A stretch of DNA of 64,000 bases from Vicinamibacterales bacterium (GTDB taxonomy: Bacteria > Acidobacteriota > Vicinamibacteria > Vicinamibacterales > JAMQPK01). The DNA lies in contig CAVSZJ010000008.1 in NCBI GenBank assembly GCA_963732445.1, positions 12,095 to 76,094 on the forward strand, given 5' to 3'. The position numbers and the translations under genes are program-made. A model generated the notes under the pieces. The model had not been told where the DNA came from. It worked only from the letters and a program-made list of their open reading frames with translations, and searched no databases. How positions within the stretch are numbered: the stretch's first letter is position 1; each line of letters opens with the position of its first letter. Below are positions 51,360-60,287 of this stretch, one piece after another.

Positions 51360-54017
51360 ATGTCCCTCGCGCCCGGCACCCGCCTCGGCTCGTACGACAT
51401 CATCGCGCTCCTCGGAGCGGGCGGCATGGGCGAGGTGTATCGCGCGCGCGATACGCGGCTGAAGCGCGACGTCGCGATCAAGGTTCTGCCCGATGCGTTC
51501 GCAAACGACCCCGAACGGCTCGCCAGATTTCAGCGCGAGGCCGAGCTACTCGCAACGCTGAACCATCCCAACATCGCCCAGATACACGGGCTCGAAGATC
51601 GCGCACTCATTCTCGAGCTCGTTGAAGGGCTCACGCTGGCCGATCGCATTGCGCAGGGATCAATGCCCTTCGACGAAGCCTTGCCCATGGCGCGCCAGAT
51701 CGCTGAGGCGCTGGAAGCTGCGCACGAGCGCGGCGTGATCCATCGCGATTTGAAGCCGGCGAATATCAAGCTGACGGCCGACGGCAAGGTAAAAGTCCTC
51801 GACTTCGGTCTGGCCAAAGCCATCGGTCCGGCTGAAGCCGGACACTACATGAATGGCGCCGGTAGTGTCCGCCTCCAGGCGGACCTCTCCATGTCACCGA
51901 CCATCACCTCTCCCGTCATGACAATGGGGGGAGTGATCCTCGGTACCGCGGCTTACATGAGCCCGGAGCAGGCTCGCGGAAAATCCGTCGACAGGCGTGC
52001 GGACATATGGGCCTATGGCGTTGTCCTCTACGAGATGCTGACAGGCCGCACGCTTTTTCCCGGAGAAACAACGACCGACGTGCTCGCCGCCATCGTCAAG
52101 GAGAACCCGGACTGGTCTGCCCTGCCGCAAGCAACCCCGGCATCAATCCGGCGCCTGCTGCGACGATGTCTCGAAAAAGATCCCGCTCGGCGCATGCGTC
52201 ACATCGGAGACGCCATCCTCGAGATCGATGAGAAAAGCGGCCTCGATGATGTCGCGTCATCGCACCTGAGCTCCGCGTCCTTGAAGCGCCGGCGCGCGTG
52301 GATGTTGGCAGCAGGTGCTACGGCTCTCGCCGCGGGGTCCTGGGGCATCGGCTTGTTTCTCGCATCGCGGTCGCAGCCGGCCGATGTGGCGGCTCCCACT
52401 CGGAGATTTCAACTCCCCATAGAAAAACTCGAGTACATGCTGGGATCGGATGCCGCGATTTCGCCCGATGGGCGGCGAGTCGCCTACAAAGCCGATGGAC
52501 GTTTGTGGATCCGCCCGCTGGACCGCCTCGAGCCGGTGGAAGTGCGGGGCAGCGTAAGCGGATACTCTCCGTTCTGGTCTCCCGACGGTCAAACGCTTGC
52601 CTTCGGTGTGGACCGCAAGCTTGTGGCCTCACGCGATGCGTCGGGCGAGCCTACCGCTATTTGCGACATCCCTGACACGGGCTTCCTGCTGTCGGGTGCG
52701 TGGGCTGCCAACGGCACAATCGCCTTCTCCGCGTGGAGGGGCTCGGTGTACTCGGTATCGGCGCGCGGCGGCGAAGCGTCACGACTCGTAACCGTAGACC
52801 CGAAAACCGAGGTCGATTTTCGTCACCTCACGTTTCTTCACGGCACCCAACAGCTTCTCGCGACAGCACGCCTGATAGACGGGGACCACAGGATCGAAGA
52901 GCTTACCAGCGGCCGCCGCATGACAATCCTGGAACACGCGCAGTTACCACTCTACTCTGCGTCCAAGAGACATCTGCTGTACTTGCGTGCGTCGAGCCTG
53001 TGGGCCGTGCCTTTCGACCCAGCGAAACTTCAAGTGACGGGAACGGCGTTTCCTGTCCAGAACAACGTGACGCAGGCAACCGCGGCAGATGACGGCACTT
53101 TGGTATTGATGCCTATCCCGCGCGCTCTGCACCAACTGGTCTGGATTGATCGCAGTGGTCGTGTCGGCCAGACGATTGGCGAGCCACAGCTGAACCTGAC
53201 CATGCCCGCCCTTTCGCCTGATGGAAGGAAGGTTGCGGTGACCGCGCAGCAGGCAGGCAACAGCGACATCTGGTTGCACGACGTCGAACGAGGCACGCGG
53301 GTCCGGCTGACGCTGACGGATGCGAACGAAACGTGGCCTGCATGGTCACCCGGCGGCGATCGCATCCTGTTCATGACGCAGAGCGCGCCGACGGCCAGCA
53401 CGATTTCCGTTGTGAGAGAGGATGGTGGGGTTGCGTGGCAACTCGTGGCCAACGGCCATCAACCAGCGGTGACTGGCGACGGTAAGCACGTCGTGTATCT
53501 TGTCGAAAGTATTGCCAGCAGGGACTTGTGGTACTCGCCGTTGCAGGAAGCCGGTCAGTCGAGCGAGACCGCCCGAGCGCTCCTCGTGACCACCCCGCGG
53601 GAGCTTCGTCCACGATCATCGCCAGACGGAAGATGGATCGCATATGTGTCGGACGAATCGGGCCACAACGAGGTGTATGTCATCAGATTTCCCGAGGCCA
53701 CAGCCCGAGTGCTCGTGTCACGCGGAGGCGGCACCGATCCACGGTGGCGCAAAGATGGGCGAGAGCTGTATTTCCTTCAGGGCGGCGCGATGATGGCCGT
53801 CGACATCGACCTGCTGACCGACCGCGCTACCGTGAGTGCCGCACGTCAATTATTCAACGTGTCTGAGGCTGGCGCACTTCCCGATTACCCTTACGACGTA
53901 TCCGCAGACGGAAAGCGATTCGTAATGGTCCGTGACGTAACAGACGGCGCCACCGAACCAACGCTCATCGTCATCGAAAACTGGTTTGCCGAATTCGCCC
54001 CCGCACAGCGGCGCTAG
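51360..54017 (+). CDS. Hanks-type Ser/Thr kinase with TM helix and PD40 beta-propellers
   Basis: LGAGGMGEVY, VAIK, HRDLKPAN, DFG, YMSPEQ; TM segment; SPDG repeats. Confidence 0.95.
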   Translation: MSLAPGTRLGSYDIIALLGAGGMGEVYRARDTRLKRDVAIKVLPDAFANDPERLARFQREAELLATLNHPNIAQIHGLEDRALILELVEGLTLADRIAQGSMPFDEALPMARQIAEALEAAHERGVIHRDLKPANIKLTADGKVKVLDFGLAKAIGPAEAGHYMNGAGSVRLQADLSMSPTITSPVMTMGGVILGTAAYMSPEQARGKSVDRRADIWAYGVVLYEMLTGRTLFPGETTTDVLAAIVKENPDWSALPQATPASIRRLLRRCLEKDPARRMRHIGDAILEIDEKSGLDDVASSHLSSASLKRRRAWMLAAGATALAAGSWGIGLFLASRSQPADVAAPTRRFQLPIEKLEYMLGSDAAISPDGRRVAYKADGRLWIRPLDRLEPVEVRGSVSGYSPFWSPDGQTLAFGVDRKLVASRDASGEPTAICDIPDTGFLLSGAWAANGTIAFSAWRGSVYSVSARGGEASRLVTVDPKTEVDFRHLTFLHGTQQLLATARLIDGDHRIEELTSGRRMTILEHAQLPLYSASKRHLLYLRASSLWAVPFDPAKLQVTGTAFPVQNNVTQATAADDGTLVLMPIPRALHQLVWIDRSGRVGQTIGEPQLNLTMPALSPDGRKVAVTAQQAGNSDIWLHDVERGTRVRLTLTDANETWPAWSPGGDRILFMTQSAPTASTISVVREDGGVAWQLVANGHQPAVTGDGKHVVYLVESIASRDLWYSPLQEAGQSSETARALLVTTPRELRPRSSPDGRWIAYVSDESGHNEVYVIRFPEATARVLVSRGGGTDPRWRKDGRELYFLQGGAMMAVDIDLLTDRATVSAARQLFNVSEAGALPDYPYDVSADGKRFVMVRDVTDGATEPTLIVIENWFAEFAPAQRR
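51825..51885. repeat. GTAG-type REP doublet inside the kinase gene
   Basis: GGTCCGGCTGAAGCCGGACACTAC-13 nt-GTAGTGTCCGCCTCCAGGCGGACC. Confidence 0.85.
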
Positions 54018-54108
54018 CATTAACAAGACCCCTTTGTTCGGTTCTGCCGCCGGGTCAGTTACTAAGAGAGAGAGACGGCAACGCGACACTTACATGCGGG
54101 GACACAAA

Positions 54109-54717
54109 ATGACCTACGGCGACGACGCCAATGCAGCAAAACCGGAACTAACGGCTCTGACGAACACCTTCGACCTGCTCGAACGCTTCAAACAAGGCGA
54201 CGACGCGGCGGTCAGCCTGCTGGTCGAGCGATCCCTGCCGCCCCTGAAGCGGTGGGCTCGCGGCCGCCTTCCCCAGTGGGCGCGTGCGAGCGCTGACACC
54301 CAAGATCTTGTGCAAGACGCCGTCATCCGCGCGCTGCCGCGGCTGAAAACCTTCGAGGCCCGGCATCCGGGGGCCTTGCAGGCGTATCTCAGGCAAGCTA
54401 TTACCAACCACATCCGCGACGAGATTCGACGGGTCAACACCCGGCCCGCCAAGGCCGAGCTGCGTGACAGCCACCCTGACCTGTCCCCCTCGCCGCTCGA
54501 GGAAGCCATTGGACGCGAAGGAGTTGAGCGCTACGAGGCCGCACTCAAAGAGCTGCGCCCCGCCGATCGCGAAGCCATCATCGCCCGCCTCGAGCTGCAA
54601 CAGAGTTACGAAGAAGTCGCAATCGCACTCGGCAAGCCCAGCGCGGATGCCGCCCGCATGGCGGTCGGGCGTGCCGTCAAAGCGCTCGTGCAGGTGATGA
54701 GCACAGCCCGACGGTAG
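54109..54717 (+). CDS. ECF sigma factor
   Basis: LLERFKQGD..A, DLVQDA, YLRQAITNHIRD, SYEEVAIALG, AARMAVGRA. Confidence 0.9.
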   Translation: MTYGDDANAAKPELTALTNTFDLLERFKQGDDAAVSLLVERSLPPLKRWARGRLPQWARASADTQDLVQDAVIRALPRLKTFEARHPGALQAYLRQAITNHIRDEIRRVNTRPAKAELRDSHPDLSPSPLEEAIGREGVERYEAALKELRPADREAIIARLELQQSYEEVAIALGKPSADAARMAVGRAVKALVQVMSTARR

Positions 54718-54765
54718 AGTCGCATCTCCGCTCGAACTGGTGTACCCTCCCGCTCTGGCGAAAGC

Positions 54766-56637
54766 ATGAGCGGTGAGTCGGATGCGGATCTACTCGACCG
54801 GTTGGCCCAATCGGTCGCCGATGGCGAAACGATCGATTGGGACGAAGAAATCGCTCGCCTTCCCGCCGATGACAGGATCAGAGCGCTGCTCGATCTGCTG
54901 CGCGAAGTGGATCGCGTTGGCGAAGTACACCGCTCTCTCAGCCTGCCCTCACAGGCGACGGAACCCGCCCCTGGCCAGGCGTCCGACGCTCTCGATCCGG
55001 TCGACGGTATCGGTCAGTGGGGACATCTCGTGCTGCGCCGCAAGATCGGCGAGGGGGGGTTCGGCGAGGTATTTCACGCGCACGACACGTGGCTCGACCA
55101 TTCGGTCGCGCTGAAGCTGTTCAAGCCCAAGGTCACCAACCGCGAGTCCGCAAATCGGATCCTGCACGAAGCGCGCAAGCTCGCGCGCATCCGTCACCCG
55201 AACATCGTGACCGTCCATGGCGCCGACAGCCACAGCGGCCAGGTCGGATTCTGGATGGATCTCGTCGAAGGGACCACGCTCGAGCACATCGTTCGTGGCG
55301 GGCGCCTGAGCGCGGGCGAGGCGGCCATCATCGGACAGGAGGTGTGCCGTGCGCTGGCGGCCGTGCACCTCGCGGGCATCGTGCATCGCGACGTCAAAGC
55401 GCAGAACGTCATGCGCGCCACCGACGGGGGCCGCATCATCCTGATGGACTTCGGCGCCGGCGAGTTCATGAAGGACCAGGCGGCGAACCCGCGCAAGCAA
55501 GGCACACCGCTCTACCTCGCACCGGAGCTTTTCAATGGCGGGGACGCCACCCCCAGAAGCGATATCTACGCGACTGGCGTTCTGCTGTACTACCTCGTCA
55601 CCAGCGGCTTTCCCGTGCGGGGGGCGTCGGTTTCCGAGCTCATCGACGCGCATCGGCGAGGGGAACGCCGGCGCTTGCGCGACGGACGGCCCGACCTTCC
55701 CAGCTCTTTCGTCAGCGTTGTCGAGCGGGCGCTCGATCCGGATCCCGCGCGGCGCTTCGCGTCTGCCGGCGAGATGGAAAGCGCGCTCGCAGGCGAACCG
55801 ATTGCTCAAAAGGCCACCGAGCGAACTGCGATTGAAAAAATCTCCATTGGCGCGGGGGTTTTATTTGCCTCGACCGCCGTCATCGGATGGATTGCATGCC
55901 GAATGTTCGATACAGGCGTGGGCGTGCACTCCGATTTGGCCGCTGGTCCGATTGATTATTTGTATGTCGGCACAACGGCGCTGGTGCCGTTCGGAATCTT
56001 CTGGTCGCTGGCAGCTGTGATAGTCGCAGTGGTTGGCAGCATGGGCCGACCGCTTCGGAGACCGCTGGCTGCGATCCGCACGCGAATTCGTGCGTCAAGG
56101 AACTCGGCAGACGGCGCGACCATCGCAACATTCGTGCTGGTGGCCGCATTCGTCTGCTGGGCCGCGATTACCTGGTGGTACCTCGACGCCTTCAGCGTAA
56201 TTTTTCGGCTCATGTCCAGGGCACAGATTGGTGCCGACGAGCTTTCGGTCCTCGGTCCTTCCCGACAATCGCTCCATCGAGCACACTACCTGTTTTCCGC
56301 GTACCTGAGTTTGCTTCTCGCGGTCGCGGTTTGGCGGTGGTTTCCGCGGTTCGAGCAGAATACCGGCGACGCAGAACAGGTGCGGCTGCTGAAATGGGTA
56401 ACTGTTGTCGTGATGGCACTCGTGATCGCGGCCGCTACAGTGCCGTGGCGGCTTGTGTGGGAACGCTTCGAGGTGGTTACGTTCGAAAATCGACCCGCGT
56501 TCGTTATTGGTAGTAGCACCGATGAGCTGTTGCTGTATTACCCGTACGGCGATGCTTCGAAGCACCGCCGGGTGCGCAAGGACGCTCCCACGCTTCAGCG
56601 CACCGGTGCCCAGGCGAGGCTCTTTGACCGGCAGTAG
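54766..56637 (+). CDS. Ser/Thr kinase with multi-TM C-terminus
   Basis: IGEGGFGEV, VALK, HRDVKAQN, MDFG, GTPLYLAPE; about 5 hydrophobic segments. Confidence 0.92.
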   Translation: MSGESDADLLDRLAQSVADGETIDWDEEIARLPADDRIRALLDLLREVDRVGEVHRSLSLPSQATEPAPGQASDALDPVDGIGQWGHLVLRRKIGEGGFGEVFHAHDTWLDHSVALKLFKPKVTNRESANRILHEARKLARIRHPNIVTVHGADSHSGQVGFWMDLVEGTTLEHIVRGGRLSAGEAAIIGQEVCRALAAVHLAGIVHRDVKAQNVMRATDGGRIILMDFGAGEFMKDQAANPRKQGTPLYLAPELFNGGDATPRSDIYATGVLLYYLVTSGFPVRGASVSELIDAHRRGERRRLRDGRPDLPSSFVSVVERALDPDPARRFASAGEMESALAGEPIAQKATERTAIEKISIGAGVLFASTAVIGWIACRMFDTGVGVHSDLAAGPIDYLYVGTTALVPFGIFWSLAAVIVAVVGSMGRPLRRPLAAIRTRIRASRNSADGATIATFVLVAAFVCWAAITWWYLDAFSVIFRLMSRAQIGADELSVLGPSRQSLHRAHYLFSAYLSLLLAVAVWRWFPRFEQNTGDAEQVRLLKWVTVVVMALVIAAATVPWRLVWERFEVVTFENRPAFVIGSSTDELLLYYPYGDASKHRRVRKDAPTLQRTGAQARLFDRQ

Positions 56638-56666
56638 ATACGCACGAACTCTCGATGGAGGTAAGC

Positions 56667-57353
56667 ATGCGACGACTGAGGCTGGGAATGTTTTTGGCAG
56701 TGTTAATGCTGATGGTCCCGCGCGGGGCGAGTGCGGGCATGGGAGACTTTATCGACGGGATCATCGGGCTGACCGGACCCCAAATGGTGGGCGTACCCAT
56801 GGCCTGCGAGGTCATTTTGGACGGCGATGAGAGAGACACGGCCTGCTACCTCGCGGGGATTCGCGTCCCATGGCCAAGAATGAACGAGGACGACGATTTC
56901 TGGCGACGTCGGACATACTGGGTGTCATTTGGCGGCGGTGTGTATGCCTCTACCGGCAAGGATTCAGAGATGCGCGGGTTCGAGGCGTACGACGTCTGGA
57001 TGTTTGCTCTCGAGCCGATGTTGCATTATCGATCCATCGGACCAGGACGAGGAAGGGGCAACATTCGAAAGTTCGCAATGGAACATGGCATCGGGCCGTC
57101 CCTCTTCTATCTGTTCGGCAAGGGCATCGACGGCAACGATTTCGACGCCTTCGCCAACGGCGGCATCAAAATAAGACCTGTTGCGCTCACGTGGAGAAAC
57201 CTCACGACGTCGGGGTTAGGCTTCGGCTTTGCGTATAACCTCAGGATCTTCCCAACGGCTTTCAAGGCTGAGGATTTTGGTGGCGACCCGACATCGAATG
57301 AGCATGAAGGCCGGGAGTACGCACACGGCTTCTCTTTTACACTGAACTTTTAG
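56667..57353 (+). CDS. Secreted hypothetical protein, possible small outer-membrane beta-barrel
   Basis: GGAGG before the ATG, signal peptide ending ASA, alternating beta pattern, C-terminal GFSFTLNF. Confidence 0.65.
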   Translation: MRRLRLGMFLAVLMLMVPRGASAGMGDFIDGIIGLTGPQMVGVPMACEVILDGDERDTACYLAGIRVPWPRMNEDDDFWRRRTYWVSFGGGVYASTGKDSEMRGFEAYDVWMFALEPMLHYRSIGPGRGRGNIRKFAMEHGIGPSLFYLFGKGIDGNDFDAFANGGIKIRPVALTWRNLTTSGLGFGFAYNLRIFPTAFKAEDFGGDPTSNEHEGREYAHGFSFTLNF

Positions 57354-57374
57354 CGCGATCCGGAGTGCGCGATC

Positions 57375-58935
57375 CTATCGCGGAGACGCAGGCGGCCGCG
57401 ACGGCGCGTAAATGTCGAACGCCGTCGCCTGCTCTTCCTTCTCCGTCGGCGGGCGGATGCCCGCCGCGAGCAGGAGCTCTTCGACAGCGGCGACGGTCAC
57501 TGGCGACGGCTTGAAATTGCCGAACCGGTATCCGCGCGCGATCGTCAGCGGCGTCCAGCCGTTTTCGTTCCTCCTATTCCAGATGTCGATCCGGGCACCC
57601 TTCGATGCGAGGAATTTCACGGCGAGCGGAAGATTCTTGTAGGCCGCACCGTGCATCGCGGTTTCCCCGCGCTCGTCCACGGCGTTGATGTCGATGCCAA
57701 GATCGAGCGCGAGCTGCAGGGCCTCGAGCACCTGTTCTTCCGTTCCCGCATCTTCCCCAGGTGAACGCGTCCCCAGCCCAGCGGCCGCCATCAGCGCCGT
57801 GCTGCCCTCGCTGTTTTTCGCCAATGGATCGGCGCCCAGTTCAACAAACGTCTTCATCAGCTCCGCGTCGGCGGTCACCGCCGCCAGCAGGAACGGGGTC
57901 GCGCCCAGCTCGTTCCAACGCGTGTTGGTGAGATTCGCGCGACGCGTCATCCGGGCGTCGATCTTTCCGCCTTTCGCCACGACCTTTCTCGCGAATTCGA
58001 GGCTGGTCATGCGGCCCGATCCTTCCGGGCCCGGGTCGTTGTCGCCGATGCCGGGCTCGCGCACATAGACCACCATGTGCAGCACCGTATAGCCGAGCAG
58101 GGCGGAGTGTCGGATCGGCGCCGGCGTCCAGCAGCTCCGAGGCGAGCTCGAAGTGCGCGTTGGCCACCGCGAGATGCAGCGCCGTCGTGCCGTTGCGAAT
58201 CGGCCGCTCTCCCTCGGGCAGCTTCGGAGAGACCGCAGCCTTTACCACTTCGTTTACGTCCGCGCCTGCCGCGAGCAGCGCCTTGCTGGCATCGATGTGT
58301 CCCTGACGCACGGCAAAGAGCAGCGGCGTGTACCCGGAGTCGAGCGGCGTCCGGAAATCGGCCCCGGCCTTGATGAGCTCCTTGATCACCTCGACGTGAC
58401 CATCTGCGGCCGCCCACATCAGCGCCGTCTGCCCGCGCCGGCTTTCCTTCGCGTGCACGTCAGCGCCCCGAGCGACGAGCGTGCGGACAGCCGCCGCCTT
58501 GCCGGTACGCGCGGCGGTCATCAACATGGTTTCTCCGCCGGGGAGCGACGCGTTCGCATCGCCGCCGGCATCGAGCAAGCGCTCGACCATGGCGGCGTTG
58601 CCGTTCATGCATGCGAGCGAAAGAGGCGTCACTCCATAGCGGTTCGCCGTCTTCACGCCGGCGCCGGCCGCGATCAGCCGACTCGCCACCTCGAGATCGT
58701 CGTGATAGGCAGCCCAGTGCAGCGCGGTCGTCCCATCTGCCTGAGGGACGTTGACGTCCGCGCGCTTGTCGATCAGCTGGCGAATGGTGCTGCGATCCAT
58801 CCGCTGCACCGCGCTCGCCAACGGCGCATCCGCCTTCGCGCCCGGCGCTGCGGCGGACACGTCAGCCGCCCCGGTCAGCGAGGTAACAGCAAACGCGAGA
58901 ACGATCAGCAAAGTCCGCGTCATCGTATTCCTCAT
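57375..58935 (-). CDS. Secreted ankyrin-repeat protein (frameshift near 58100)
   Basis: DGTTALHWAA, GVTPL, GQTALMWAA, GATPFLLAA, GETAMHGAA. Confidence 0.92.
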
Positions 58936-60287
58936 CCGGCAAGATCGACCGGTGTGATTAGCGTGTCGATTTTCCCCGTGCTGTCGGCGAACTTATCGAG
59001 CCGCACGCCGACGCTGTCGAGCATCGTGAGGTGCAGATTCGCGAGCGGCATCGGCTCCGCATACTTGATGTGACGGCCACCGCGCGCTTTGCCGGCGCTG
59101 CCCCCCGCCACGACGATCGGCAGGTTCAGGTGGTCGTGGATGTTCGGGTTGCCCATCCCGCTGCCGTAGAGAATCAGCGAATGATCCAGCAGCGTGCCGT
59201 CGCCGTCCGCGACCGCTGCCAACTGCTCGAGGTAGTACGCGAACAGGCTTACGTGGAACTGGTTGATCTTCGCGACTTTCGCGAGTTTCTCCGGGTCCCC
59301 GCCGTTGTGAGTCAGCGGATGGTGCGGATCGTCGACGCCGATCTCCGTGTAGCTGCGGTTGCTCGTCTCTCGCGCGAGCTGGAAGGTGATCACTCTCGTG
59401 ATGTCTCCCTGCAGCGCCAGCACCTGGAGATCGAACATCAATTTCGCGTGATCGGCGTACTCGCGCGGGCACGCCGACCGGCCGCTCGAGGTCCGGCAGT
59501 GGATTGTCCAGCGTCTGCGCTTCGGCTTTCTGAATGCGGCGCTCGACTTCGCGGACGGTCTCGAGATAGTGGCTCACCTTCGTTCGATCCGCGGCGCCGA
59601 GCTGTTTCTGCAGGCGCGCGATGTCCTCGCGCACCCAGTCGAGCAGGCTTGCGCGCCTGGTCAGCGCGGCACGCCGCTCGGCAGAGCTGCCTCCTTCGCC
59701 GAACAGACGCTCGAACACGACTCGCGGATGGGCTTCGGACGGCAACGGAGTCGTCGGCGACGACCACGACAGGTTGTTCTGGTAGACGCAGGCGTAGCCG
59801 TTGTCGCACTGCCCGACCACTTCCATCAGATCCATCGCGAGCTCCAGCGACGGCAGCTGGGTTTCCTGGCCCATCTGTTTCGCGGCGATTTGATCGACGG
59901 TGGTGCCCAGGTAGTAGTCGCTGCTCTCCGTCCACTTCGCCTTCGCCGCGCTGAGGAACGCGGCATTCGACGTGGCGTGCGTGCCGGGATACGCGTTCTT
60001 CAGCTCCATGTTGCTGAGAACCGTCACGTGCTTCTTCATCGACTCGAGCGGGCTCAGCGTGGTCGACAAGCTCCGTCGAGCGCCCCGCTCTCGCCGGGAG
60101 GCGTCCAGCTCGTGATGTGCGAGCCCATCGGGACATACACGAAACCGAGGCGTCGCACCGGGCTCGCGGGGGTCAGCGATTGCGCCGTGAGCGACGGAAT
60201 CATGGCGTCGAGCAGCGGCAGGGCGACCGTGGCGCCCATGCCACGCAGAAATGTCCGCCGCGCCAGCGCTTTCCTGGTGATGATCAT
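58932..60287 (-). CDS. DUF1552 domain protein (frameshifts)
   Basis: RRTFLRGMGATVALPLLDAM, GQCDNGYACVYQNNLSW, ALQGDITRV, GTLLDHS. Confidence 0.92.
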
